DNA of 64,000 nt, taken from the NCBI GenBank assembly GCA_963749655.1, contig CAVVOB010000028.1, positions 192,001-256,000 on the forward strand, read 5' to 3'. Shown here one piece after another: positions 1 to 10,260 of the stretch; the stretch's first letter is position 1, and each line of letters opens with the position of its first letter. The translations under genes were made by a program, and so were the position numbers. The DNA comes from Nitrospirota bacterium (GTDB lineage: Bacteria; Nitrospirota; UBA9217). The notes below the pieces were generated by a model. It did no database searches and had not been told where the DNA came from. It saw only the letters and a program-made list of their open reading frames with translations.

Positions 1-1031
1 GCCGCGGTTTGACCGCCGTCAGCGTCGGTATCGCCGCCCACGGTGTCGTCGTGGAGGGAGGTAAATATGATGCCGGTGGACCCATTCGCGGTCAGGGTGC
101 CGGCAACGCTGATGTTCGTGACATCAAGCTTCACGATGACGTTGTCGCCGAGCGTTATCGACTTGCCCGCAGGAATCGAGAGCACCTTTGCAATCACATA
201 GGGCACTTCGGTGTTCGACCAGGCGATATTCCCGACCTGGGTTGAGTCTCCGTTCCAGAAGATGCCGTTGTAAGTATTCGTGACCGTAACGCCGCTTACC
301 ATTTGGTGGAACACATTGGTATTGTCGAGATCGTACAGTGCGTTTATGACCAGGGGCACGTCGTTGTCATAGAAGGTATTGCCGCTGATGACGGTGCCCG
401 CGCCGGCGAAGGTCGCGAATAATGCAGCGCCGCGATAGTCCGTCAGCGTGCCTCCCTTATTATGCGCAAAGGTGCAGTTCGTTACCGTTGCCGAAGAAGC
501 ATTGTTTATTCCCAGCGTGTGCGCCGGCGTGCCCGAGAAGCCCCCGCCGTAGGTGAAGACGCAGTGATTGAACATTGAGCCGCTCACGTTCACGAAAATA
601 GAGTTCCAGTCGCCGCGCGCAGGTGTGGCGGCGGTGCCGTCATTGTTCGTGTCGCCCCCGTACGTGTCGTCCTTGATGGACGTAAAGGGGATCGGCGTGG
701 AGCTGCTCCCGCCGTCGGCGACGATCGATCCTCCTGTATTAACGGTTATCGATTTACCGCCCTGGAACTTGACGATCGCGCCTGGTTCGATCGTGAGCGC
801 GGCGGTCACGTCGATGGAGTTCTCGATAACATGAATGCTGCAGCTGGTCCACGTCGCTGCGGCTGTGATGTCCTCGGTAACCGAGATAACTGTTAGAGAT
901 TCGCACGTGCCCGGGGTTACCGGCGGCGTAACCGGCGGCGTGCCGTCCCCTCCTTTTCCGTTTCCGCTGCACCCGGTAAGAATTGCCGCTGTAAAAAACA
1001 CAAGCAATGCCGATAAAAAGAACCGTTTCAT
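1..1031 (-). CDS. Secreted lipoprotein with right-handed parallel beta-helix-like repeats (3' end runs off the window)
   Basis: Read manually; absent from the ORF track. GGAGG RBS, ATG at 1031, MKRFFLSALLVFFTAAILTGC lipobox, PPVTPPVTPG linker. Repeated 'LTIEPGAIVKF...IPFTSIKDDTYGGDTN' / 'ITLGDNVIVKL...IIFTSLPDDTVGGDTD' modules typical of beta-helix surface proteins. Open to position 1. Confidence 0.8.
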   Translation of the reverse strand, partial: MKRFFLSALLVFFTAAILTGCSGNGKGGDGTPPVTPPVTPGTCESLTVISVTEDITAAATWTSCSIHVIENSIDVTAALTIEPGAIVKFQGGKSITVNTGGSIVADGGSSSTPIPFTSIKDDTYGGDTNNDGTAATPARGDWNSIFVNVSGSMFNHCVFTYGGGFSGTPAHTLGINNASSATVTNCTFAHNKGGTLTDYRGAALFATFAGAGTVISGNTFYDNDVPLVINALYDLDNTNVFHQMVSGVTVTNTYNGIFWNGDSTQVGNIAWSNTEVPYVIAKVLSIPAGKSITLGDNVIVKLDVTNISVAGTLTANGSTGIIFTSLHDDTVGGDTDADGGQTA

Positions 1032-1144
1032 AAAACCTCCTTTTGCGTTGTTACGAAATATCAGCAGGTTCTGCTGAGTCGTTCTCCTTCTTCTGCGTCA
1101 ACCCTTCCGGCTGCATCATGTTTGCAGCCGCATTGTCGGACTGC

Positions 1145-1333
1145 TCAGGATGGTAGGTTTTTATCCTCTTTGCATTTTCTCTTCCGGTTTTTTACGGAGT
1201 TTAGAATTATCCAGAGCTCATCGAGGCTGGTGAAGACCTTTTTTTCCGTGCCTCCGGCCTCCTCCACAATTCCCACGAAACTCCTCGGATTGTTTTCTTC
1301 TTCCCGATATATTCGCACGATGAAGCTGTTCAT
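1145..1333 (-). CDS. Small hypothetical protein (62 aa, 'SFIVRIY...GIVEE...F.SL.EL' type)
   Basis: ORF with GGAG RBS. Co-oriented between the BTAD regulator and the lipoprotein. Resembles small proteins seen beside BTAD regulators. Confidence 0.7.
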   Translation of the reverse strand: MNSFIVRIYREEENNPRSFVGIVEEAGGTEKKVFTSLDELWIILNSVKNRKRKCKEDKNLPS

Positions 1334-1393
1334 ATGATCTCCGCTTGTGTTGTTATTCGCGTAATAAGAACAGAGGGTTGCTAAACGGGCTGC

Positions 1394-1426
1394 ACTGTAA
1401 CAAAAGGGGAGTCACCAATCGGTCAC
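1394..1426 (-). promoter_or_regulatory. Putative SARP-type operator/promoter: GTGAC direct repeats with 11-bp period upstream of a TACAGT -10 box
   Basis: + strand gtcac at 1411-1415 and 1422-1426; actgta (minus-strand TACAGT) at 1394-1399. Confidence 0.45.
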
Positions 1427-1541
1427 AGATTGCACAAATATTTTGGCAGGTGCTTTCTTAACGGAAAATCAGAGGGATAGGTTCTTTGGAGCAAGAATTA
1501 CTGGTGAAAATTCGAGGACAGAACCGCGCGAAACGAATGTG

Positions 1542-4500
1542 CTATTTCCGAAATGAGGAGTAAATGGCTTCCGTTTTGGCGGAGGGTGCAATTCCGAGGA
1601 TAGAGGCAAGAACGGTCCGGCAGCGACTATAAATACGTGTCGCTTCCGCTTGTTGGCCGAGCGTCTGGTAACAGGTCATGAGATGCTGATAGAACTCTTC
1701 GGCGAGCTCGTCCGTTTCAAGCCCGCGCTCGAAGGTCTCGGCTGCTTTGTGCCACTGCCCGGACTTTTCCAGGTAAAGGCCCTGCTGAAGAACGAGCCGG
1801 AGAAATTTAGTTCGCAGCCGCTCCCGGTATGCCGCGGTCCAGACCTGCTCCGTGTCGCCGGGCAGGAAATATCCCTGGTAGAGATCCAGGGCTTTTTCAC
1901 CGCAGGTGTAAGCGTCTGCAGCGATGCTCTCCCTTTCGCGACCGTTCTGATCGCCGGCAGAGCGCCACAGGGACTCCGCCCGCTCATGCATCCGCTCAAA
2001 GGACCAGGCATCGACCGCAGCAGAAACGGGGATCAAGCGACAGCCGCCGCTCTTGCAGGAGCAGCGCTTTTTCGCTGCCAGCAAGAGAGCGGAGCCTCTG
2101 AAGGGTGGTCGAGAACGCACTGTGCGCGGCATCGCCGTCCGAATCCGGCCAGAGGAGATCGGTGATCTTTTCTTCCGGGACCTCGCTGCCTCCGAACGCG
2201 ATCAGGGCCTTGAGCAGCATGAGCGGCCTGTGCTGCACTTTGCGGCCCGTCCCCGCGCGTTTGCCGTCCTTCAGCACTTCGAATCTGCCGAGGGTGATGA
2301 TCCTGAGCGGCCAGGGCCAGGCTTCGCTGACTGCTGCCGGGTTTTCAGGCTCAAGACGATGAGCCGTGATGAGGTGGAGGACATACTCCGGTTCGATCCC
2401 GGCCTCAAGCGCCCTGGCGCACAGCCCCGCCAGCGTTTTACGCCGCCACCCTGCTACGTTCATTATGGTATGCGCCTTGCCAAGCGACAGGGCGCGGCCG
2501 AGCATCGTCAGGCCCTTTGCATCGGATGAAGCCCTTTTTTCGGAAAACTCGAACAATGCATTCAAAAGCAGACAGGAGAATTCAAGGAGGATGCTCTTCA
2601 TCATGCGGGCGATCTCAAGCGTTTTTTCCGCGCGCTCGCGCGCCTCGGCAATATTGCCCGTGTGGTAAAGGGCCTGGCTCAGATTGTACAGGCTCCAGGC
2701 AAGGGCAAAGGGGGCGCCGCCCGCTGCCGCCAGTTTTTCCGATAGACGGGCATGTTCCAGGGACGCGGAAAAGTCATCGCGGCAGCGGGCATCAAGGGAT
2801 GCGAGATTATGATAAAGGACCGCGTCAAGGCGATTGTCAAAGTTCGTTGCAGCGGTCAGTCTGTGCAAACCCTCTGCTGACGCCGCGCAATCACCGGCGA
2901 TAGTGCTGCAATAAACATCCTGTGCGTAGAGTTTCCATTCGAAATTGTGAAGACCGTGGAAGCGGGCTGTTTCCAGTCCCTCGGCAATTGCTTTCCGACA
3001 GGCATCAATCGAGGCCGTGGCCCACCCATGAATCGCTTTCATCAGGCATCCCATGACCCTGATAACAGGCGGGACATCAGGCGACTTCATGGCAAGATGC
3101 AGGTCGTTCATCAGTGACGGCATGTCGGTCGGAAATTCTGTCCATGAATAATAAATCAGCAGAAAGGCAGCATTGATCACCCGCTGGGTGTTGTCCCGAC
3201 AGGAAGGCATAAGCGACTTCGCTCTCTCGAACCAGAAGGAGAGCCGGGGATGATCGGGACGAGCCATATACAGGATCGTGAACATGGCAAAGGTTGCGCG
3301 GATTTCAAGCTCAGGCGATGAAAATCCGTTTGACTGCTTGACAATGTCTTCGAGTTCGTTTATCCAGCGGTCCACGCCGGTGAGGTCGCTGAACGAGACC
3401 GCGTAAGAATCCAGAACAGCCAGGCAGACGAGGATCAATCCTTCACGGCTGCCCTCCTTTTTGAAAAGTTCGAAAGCTGACTCCAACCCTTTCCTGTTTT
3501 CCACCGGGTTGAACGGCCCCAGGCAGACAGCCTGCCAGAACAGGAGCCAGGGGGCGGAAAGGATGATTTCCCGGGGAAGCCGTTCGATCCACTCCAGGAG
3601 GGTCCTGTTTCTGCCCTGGCTGATCAGTTGCTGCGCGTTGCCGAGAATGAGCGGCGCCAGGCTGTTCCAATCTTCGGCACGCGAAAGAAGCGCCACGGCA
3701 TCTTCCACCTGTCCCGATTCCTCCAGGACAACGGCGGCCCGCTTTTGTAGCCGGGAAAGCCCCTCCGGGCTGAGTGAGTTCTGCATCCGCGTCAGCAGAA
3801 ATTCCCGGAAGAGCGAATGGTATTGGTAGGTCAATTCGGGGACGCATGCGTTTTTCCGTAAAAAAATTGTCGCGGCTTAAAGCGGCAAGTATGCTGCCTG
3901 CGTTATCACGATCGGTCAGCTGTATTGCCGTCCCAACGGTCATCTGCGGCAGAAGCGACGACATGGTCAGAAAATCACGCGTCTCGAAGTCCAGCTTATC
4001 GAGGACCTCGCCGGCGAAGTAATCGAAGACTTCCAGCCGCGCCGGATCCTCCTCGGATGGGGGGCCGCCGCTCTTTGCACCCGCGCTTTCCATAAGAAGC
4101 ACCAGACCTGCGACCCATCCCTCCGTTTTCGCGTGCAGTTCCTCGATGATGCTTTCAGTTAATTTCACTTTTCGCCGGGCGAACTGTTTCGTTTCTTCGA
4201 GCGTAAACCGCAGTTCGTCCCATCCGACAACCCGAATTGCCCCGCTTGCCCGAAGGCGCGAAAATGCGGCCGGCGGCTCATTCCTGCTGAGAACGATCAC
4301 CTGGATCCCGCCCGGGGCGAGCGCCAGTCCGGTTTGTACGACATCGTGAAACGGTGAATCCTCCGGCACGTCCTGATAATTATCAAAAACGACGGCAAAG
4401 GGAGGCCTCAATCTTTTGTAAAGACTTTCAAAGAACCGCCGGGTAAATGTTGCGATGCCGCTCAGGTATTCAGGAGTTAAAAGAGGAAGGGGTTTTCGAT

Positions 4501-4771
4501 AACGGGGCGCGGCTTTTTTCGTTGCCAGGCCCAGGTAGTAGAAAAACGCCGCGATATCCGAGTCGCGATCATCCGTCTGGTACCACAGGCACGGAAGCTT
4601 GCGCGCATCGAGATAGCCGGCGAGGAGAGAGGTCTTGCCGGAACCGGCCGGTCCGGTCACCCAGAGAATCGGCTGTTTTCGCGCGCTGTCGAGGAGCCGA
4701 AACAGCCTTTTCCGGGGGATGATGGATGCCGCATTGGGCCGGCTGATTTTGGCTATCGCGATCTTCTCCAC
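1542..4771 (-). CDS. MalT-like STAND NTPase/TPR transcriptional activator with C-terminal wHTH + BTAD (SARP) module; split by two +1 indels (~3840, ~2017)
   Basis: ORFs 3443..4771, 1996..3834 and 1542..2132 join into one protein. Walker A GPAGSGKTS, 'VFDNYQ' Walker B, 'YQYHSLFREFL', 'LRIITLGRFEV...LWPDSDG..A...F.TTL.RLR' wHTH, 'ALDLYQGYFL...EEFYQHLM.CY' BTAD. Removing one C at each break restores MRPELTYQYH and CWVDAWSFE. Confidence 0.85.
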
Positions 4772-4950
4772 GGATAAGTCCGCCTTTGCACAACCTGCCG
4801 GCCGGTGCTGCCCCTGATGAATAAAGCTGCGGCATTGATGTGCTAAGGTAGCGCATCCTTCAGTTTGAAGTCAAGGGAATATTACCGCGCAAATCGGCAG
4901 AAACCATTTTTTGCGGGACTCCGCGTAGATCGGATAATGGAAGGAAGCAC

Positions 4951-4985
4951 AAAAGAAAAAGGACAGGCCCTCATGGCCTGTCCTT
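4951..4985 (-). terminator. Intrinsic terminator of the ferritin-like gene
   Basis: Stem aaggacaggcc/ggcctgtcctt followed by a U-tract on the minus strand. Confidence 0.7.
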
Positions 4986-5011
4986 ATCGGTTGAAAAAAT
5001 GATGAGCGGGA

Positions 5012-5437
5012 TTACTGTCCCAGAAGGGTCGTAAAGGTGTCGTGATGCCCTTCTTCCTGCGACAGGATTTCCTCGAAGAGCAGCCTGGTAGTTTCGTCCC
5101 CCTCGGAGGCGGCCTGTTTGATGATGTCCTTGTAGAGCGTGATGGCCTCTTCCTCGGCCTTCACGTCGGCCTTGAGCATCTGCTCCGGCGTGCCGCCGAC
5201 GGCAATGGAGTTCGGCTTGGTCGTGGGATTTACGTCGAAATAGAACAGCCTCTCCGCGATCTTCTCGGCATGCTTCATCTCGTCCATGGCCACGTCCTCG
5301 AACACATCCATGAGCGACGACGAGTTCATGCCTTTTACCATGATGTGGTGCCACATGTACTGGACAATCGCCTGGAGCTCTCCCGCGATCGCCTGATTCA
5401 TCATTTCCGTCAGTTTGGGACTCGCCTTCTGTACCAT
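5012..5437 (-). CDS. Bacterioferritin-like/ferritin-like di-iron protein (141 aa)
   Basis: 'EL.AI.QY', 'DEMKHAE', 'EE.AI..Y' and 'EEGH' ferroxidase motifs; AGGAGG RBS. Confidence 0.85.
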   Translation of the reverse strand: MVQKASPKLTEMMNQAIAGELQAIVQYMWHHIMVKGMNSSSLMDVFEDVAMDEMKHAEKIAERLFYFDVNPTTKPNSIAVGGTPEQMLKADVKAEEEAITLYKDIIKQAASEGDETTRLLFEEILSQEEGHHDTFTTLLGQ

Positions 5438-5640
5438 CTGTTTCGCCTCCTTTGATGATTAAATGTCTTCCCTGAATCGGCACGAATGTATTAACTATAG
5501 CACAGGGACCAGGTGATGGCAAATCCCCTGCTTATTTCATACTTTCCCGTTGCCTTCTCCCTTTGCTTGAAATATAATGTCGCGATCATGAAGGCAGAAA
5601 TGGTTTTACTGACTACACTTAATGAGGAGCATTGAAAGAC

Positions 5641-7578
5641 ATGGGGAAAAACATTGTTTACAAAATCCTGGAATCGCACCTCGTCGAAGGCAAGCTCGAA
5701 CCGGGCACCGAGATCGCGATCCGGATCGACCAGACCCTGACGCAGGACGCCACCGGCACCATGGCATACCTCCAGTTCGAGGCCATGGACGTGCCGCGGG
5801 TCAAGACCGAACTGTCGGTGAGCTACGTTGACCACAATACGCTCCAGGACGGGTACGAGAACGCCGACGACCACCGCTACCTCATGACCGTGGCCTCGCG
5901 CTACGGCATCTATTACTCCAAGGCGGGCAACGGCATCTGCCACCAGGTCCATCTCGAACGCTTCGGCAGGCCTGGCAGAACGCTTCTCGGTTCGGACTCC
6001 CATACGCCGACCGGCGGCGGCATCGGCATGATCGCCATCGGAGCAGGCGGGCTTGATGTCGCTGTCGCAATGGGCGGCGGCCCGTTCTACCTCACCTGCC
6101 CCAAGGTGGTGAAGGTGACCCTCACGGGAAAACTCCGTCCCTGGGTATCGGCAAAAGACGTGATCCTTACAATCCTCCGGATACTGACGACAAAAGGCAA
6201 CGTAGGCACCGTGATCGAGTACGCAGGCGAAGGAATAAAGACGCTTACCGTGCCCGAACGGGCCACGATCACGAACATGGGCGCGGAGCTTGGCGTCACG
6301 ACCTCGGTCTTCCCGAGCGACGAGATCACCCGGGCTTTCCTCAAGGCCCAGAAGAGGGATACCGAGTGGACAGCTCTTGTTGCCGACGCTGATGCTGAGT
6401 ATCACAAGGTGATCGATATCGACCTGGCTGCGGTCGAACCCCTGATGGCCAAACCGCACTCTCCGGATAACATCGGGACCGTGAAGGAGCTTTCCGGCAC
6501 AAAGGTGGACCAGGTAATGGTGGGCTCGTGCACCAACTCATCGTATCGTGATCTGATGATCGTGGCCTCGATGCTCAAAGGCCGCCGTGTATTTCCCGAC
6601 GTGAGCTTCGGCGTTGCGCCGGGCTCGCGCCAGGTGCTCGAGATGATCGCGAAGAACGGAGCCCTTGCCGATATCATAACTGCAGGCGCACGGGTGCTCG
6701 AATCGACCTGCGGCTTCTGCATCGGTGCGGGCCAGGCGCCGAAGACCGACGCAATCTCGATCCGGACGAGCAACCGGAATTTCGAGGGCCGCTCGGGCAC
6801 CAAGAGCGCTAAGGTGTTTCTTGCAAGCCCTGAGACCGCGGTTGCAGCTGCGCTCACCGGCGGCGTCACGGACCCCCGGGACCTCGGCATTCCTTACCCG
6901 CAGGTGGAAATACCCGCAGAGTTTTGGATCGATGACAGCATGGTCCTTCCGCCGTCAAAGGACCCGCTCTCTGTTACAGTCTACCGCGGCCCGAACATCG
7001 GGGACCCGCCTGCTGCGGAGCCCCTTCCTGAAACGATCACGGGTGTTGTTGCGATCAAGGTAGGCGATAAGATCACGACGGACCACATCATGCCTGCAGG
7101 CTCTCGCCTGAAGTACCGCTCGAATATACCGAAGTATGCAGAGTTCGTGTTCGAGGGCGTGGATGCGGGGTTCTCGAAGAAAGCGCTGGAGAATAAAAAA
7201 GCAGGCGTCCATAATATCGTGATCGCCGGCGCAAGCTACGGGCAGGGCTCGAGCCGCGAGCATGCTGCCATATGCCCGATGTATCTGGGCGTCAAGGCGG
7301 TGATCGCAAAGTCCTTTGAACGGATCCATGCGGCGAACCTGATCAATTTCGGAATCTTGCCGCTCACCTTTGCGAACGAGACGGATTATGACGCCATAGG
7401 AGCGAACGAGAAGGTCGAGATAAAGGACATTAAGGCAACTCTTGCGAAAGGTGCGGACCTCGTCATGAAGACTGCGGGCGGAAAAATTGTTACGCTCAAG
7501 TATTCGCTGAGCGCGCGGCAGCGCGACATCCTGCTCGCAGGTGGAATGTTAAACTATACAAGGTCGCAGAGCAAATAA
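5641..7578 (+). CDS. Aconitate hydratase (single-chain ~640-aa type)
   Basis: 'QDATG', 'DHN', 'GICHQ', 'GSDSHT', 'GSCTN', 'CGFCIG', 'TTDHI' and 'YGQGSSREHAA' motifs; GAGGAG RBS. Confidence 0.93.
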   Translation: MGKNIVYKILESHLVEGKLEPGTEIAIRIDQTLTQDATGTMAYLQFEAMDVPRVKTELSVSYVDHNTLQDGYENADDHRYLMTVASRYGIYYSKAGNGICHQVHLERFGRPGRTLLGSDSHTPTGGGIGMIAIGAGGLDVAVAMGGGPFYLTCPKVVKVTLTGKLRPWVSAKDVILTILRILTTKGNVGTVIEYAGEGIKTLTVPERATITNMGAELGVTTSVFPSDEITRAFLKAQKRDTEWTALVADADAEYHKVIDIDLAAVEPLMAKPHSPDNIGTVKELSGTKVDQVMVGSCTNSSYRDLMIVASMLKGRRVFPDVSFGVAPGSRQVLEMIAKNGALADIITAGARVLESTCGFCIGAGQAPKTDAISIRTSNRNFEGRSGTKSAKVFLASPETAVAAALTGGVTDPRDLGIPYPQVEIPAEFWIDDSMVLPPSKDPLSVTVYRGPNIGDPPAAEPLPETITGVVAIKVGDKITTDHIMPAGSRLKYRSNIPKYAEFVFEGVDAGFSKKALENKKAGVHNIVIAGASYGQGSSREHAAICPMYLGVKAVIAKSFERIHAANLINFGILPLTFANETDYDAIGANEKVEIKDIKATLAKGADLVMKTAGGKIVTLKYSLSARQRDILLAGGMLNYTRSQSK

Positions 7579-7609
7579 AAGCTCTCGTTCTTCGTGCAGT
7601 CCAAACAGC

Positions 7610-7641
7610 AAAAGCCGCATTCGTTTGAATGCGGCTTTTTA
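7610..7641. terminator. Bidirectional intrinsic terminator
   Basis: aaaagccgcattc-gttt-gaatgcggctttt between convergent genes. Confidence 0.8.
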
Positions 7642-7682
7642 TTTTCCGAATTGCTCGTCTAGGGGACTGCGGAGAACCCATT

Positions 7683-7886
7683 CTATCCGCGGACCCTCTT
7701 GATCGTGCCATTGTTGATCATTTGATGGAACTGGGCGAGCAGGGCTTTTTCTTCCTTGTCGAGATGTCCGTCGTCCTGCGCTGCATGCATGATTTTGTTG
7801 TACTCATCGGGCGTTATTTCGAGATCGCTGATAGCTTCATTGATGATCTGTTTCAACGCTCCTGCTGACTTGCTCGGTTTTTCCAT
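7683..7886 (-). CDS. Small hypothetical protein (67 aa)
   Basis: AGGAGG RBS before MEKPSK; two acidic loop motifs (DLEITPDE, DGHLDKEE). Confidence 0.7.
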   Translation of the reverse strand: MEKPSKSAGALKQIINEAISDLEITPDEYNKIMHAAQDDGHLDKEEKALLAQFHQMINNGTIKRVRG

Positions 7887-8083
7887 AGAGGCCTCCTGCA
7901 TGGTTGTGGAATTGAAAATCCTGAATGCGTATAGTTTACCTGCTCACCAGTCCAGTGTCAAATTCGTTCGCCACAAAAGCAGGAGTCCCGCGTCGGCAAA
8001 AAACTCTGGTTCGGGCTCAACCCGAAAATGATCACATGAGATATTACATGATCTGTGCGGCGTTATTTCCGGTCTCCAACTGT

Positions 8084-8611
8084 TCAGTTATAATTCACCA
8101 TGTTCTCTATGTTTTTCGTCTGCCTCTCGGCGCTTTCCCAGATCACGTTTATCGCGTCCGCGGAAATGCTTCTCCAGCGGGCCCCCGTAGGCTTGTATAA
8201 ATGACCCTCTGTCGACAAACTATATTTTTCAACGAGCGGATCCAGCTCCTGGAACACATAGATGCGTCCCTTGGGCACAAAGGGAAGTTGATTCACCTGC
8301 GTCTGGTACTGGCAAAACAGCTGACCGTCTTTGTACGTAGCCAAAAGGCGCGAGTAGGCGTCGAACACGGCGCTCTCCGCTTTTGAAGCTGCCTTGTCTT
8401 TTAACGCCGCCGTCCCGGAGGCAAGTTTTTGCAGCAATGACTCCGGAACCTCGCAGGGTCTATCGGGCGTTATCGCGTTCTTCAAGGCACGCGCTGTCCG
8501 GTTCAGGTCCGAGAATTTTTCTTTGTCTATTCCACCCGGTTCTGATACACAGCCGGAACCCAGGAGCATTGTTGCCAGCAGCAATATCAAGACTACCTTG
8601 TTCCGTCTCAT
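8084..8611 (-). CDS. Hypothetical lipoprotein
   Basis: Signal peptide with lipobox LLGSGC. Confidence 0.7.
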   Translation of the reverse strand: MRRNKVVLILLLATMLLGSGCVSEPGGIDKEKFSDLNRTARALKNAITPDRPCEVPESLLQKLASGTAALKDKAASKAESAVFDAYSRLLATYKDGQLFCQYQTQVNQLPFVPKGRIYVFQELDPLVEKYSLSTEGHLYKPTGARWRSISADAINVIWESAERQTKNIENMVNYN

Positions 8612-8728
8612 ACGTCCCTTTAAAATAGATCGTTTAGATTATATCGAAGTACTTTTGTTATCGCAAAGGGGGAAGAACGCAGTGCGTCGCGGGCAGGGCA
8701 ATTCTCGATCCATGCGTGACAGCGGTGC

Positions 8729-9754
8729 CTACAGCTTTACTTCCCGCAGATACTTTGCCGCGTCCTCGGGCGGCGTAGGATTGATATAGAAGCCCGAACC
8801 GCGCTCGAAACCCTCGACCCTGGTCAAACGGGGCATGATCTCCAGATGCCAATGGAAGTCGTCGTTCAGCGTGTGCCAGTGGCCGCGGCGGGGCACCCGG
8901 TTCGGCGCGGAATAGAGCATGAAGTTATAGGGCGGATTATGCAGGACGGCGCCGAGACGCTTGAGCGAATTCTTGAGCGTCCGGGAAAAATCCATGATCT
9001 CTTCCTTGGTGATGTCCACGTAGGAGCACAGGTGTTTCTTGGGATAGATCCAGATCTCGAAGGGATAGCGGGGCGCGAAGGGCACAATGACCAGGAAGTG
9101 ACGCGTTTCTTCGACGACCCGCTCCGGCGACGCCTGCTCCTGCCTGATGATGTCGCAGAAGATGCATCGTTCCTTGTAATCGTAATACGACTTTGCGCCG
9201 TCCAGCTTTTCCTTCACCGACTTTGGAATGACGGGCGTGGCGATGAGCTGGGAATGGGGGTGGTTTACGGCTGCGCCTGCAGTCCAGCCCTGGTTTTTGT
9301 AGACCAGTACGTAACGGAGGCGGCTGTCACGCTCGAGATCGAGGATGCGGTCGCGATAGGACCAGAGGACCTTCTCGACCTGGTTCTCCGGCAGGTCTTC
9401 AAGCCGGAGGCCGTGCTCCGGGCTTTCGATGATGATTTCGTGTGCGCCGATCCCGTTCATCCAGTCGTAGATGCCGCTGCCTTCACGTTCCAGGCTGCCC
9501 TCGATGTGAAGCACCGGGAACTTGCTCGGGATCACGCGCACCCACCAGCCGGTGGAGTTCGGAAGGGTCTTCTCGGGGCGGAACGATGCTATCTCGGGAG
9601 GGGTCTTCGCTTCGTTGCCGCTGCAAAAAGGGCATTCCTCCGGCGTCACATCGTCTGCAGGCTCTTCAAATGAATAATCTTCGGGTTTTTTCGGACGCTC
9701 GGTGGATACAATGATCCACCGGCCGACGATGGGGTCCTTCCGGAGCCGTGACAT
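8729..9754 (-). CDS. galT: Galactose-1-phosphate uridylyltransferase family protein
   Basis: 'CPFC.GNE..TPPE', catalytic HPHSQ, 'C.FCD', 'HWHLEI.PR'. Confidence 0.88.
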   Translation of the reverse strand: MSRLRKDPIVGRWIIVSTERPKKPEDYSFEEPADDVTPEECPFCSGNEAKTPPEIASFRPEKTLPNSTGWWVRVIPSKFPVLHIEGSLEREGSGIYDWMNGIGAHEIIIESPEHGLRLEDLPENQVEKVLWSYRDRILDLERDSRLRYVLVYKNQGWTAGAAVNHPHSQLIATPVIPKSVKEKLDGAKSYYDYKERCIFCDIIRQEQASPERVVEETRHFLVIVPFAPRYPFEIWIYPKKHLCSYVDITKEEIMDFSRTLKNSLKRLGAVLHNPPYNFMLYSAPNRVPRRGHWHTLNDDFHWHLEIMPRLTRVEGFERGSGFYINPTPPEDAAKYLREVKL

Positions 9755-9755
9755 A

Positions 9756-10133
9756 TCAGTTACCCGATCTGGCCCGCTGCTCGGTCAGAACCTTGTGGAC
9801 GATCCGTTTGAGCTCTTTGATCCGGATGGGTTTGTTGATATACTCAGCGGCGCCGAGACTCATGGCCTTGAGGTAGCTTTCCACTTCACCGTAGGCCGTT
9901 ACCATGATCACATCGGTCTTTGACCCCGTTTTGCGGATCTCCTGCAGCAGCTGGAGGCCGTCCATCACGGGCATCTTAATGTCGGTGATCACAAGGTGAA
10001 AAGGTTGTTTTTTGAACAGGATCAGCGCGTCTTCACCGGTGCTCGCAAGGGACACTTCGTACCCCTCGTCCGTCAATATGGTGTTAAAAAGCTCGCGTGC
10101 GCCCTCTTCGTCATCCACTACAAGAATCTTCAT
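9756..10133 (-). CDS. Single-domain response regulator
   Basis: KILVVDD, TDIKMP and KP receiver motifs. Confidence 0.9.
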   Translation of the reverse strand: MKILVVDDEEGARELFNTILTDEGYEVSLASTGEDALILFKKQPFHLVITDIKMPVMDGLQLLQEIRKTGSKTDVIMVTAYGEVESYLKAMSLGAAEYINKPIRIKELKRIVHKVLTEQRARSGN

Positions 10134-10260
10134 CTATTCTCCCGAATCCTGTGGTAAAGCAAAAATATCATAAAATCCGCGGCACGTCAAGGTGCAGGGG
10201 GGGCAGAAGCAAAAAAAAACGTGTAAAAAACGGACGTTTCCGCTGATCAGCAGCGACGGC

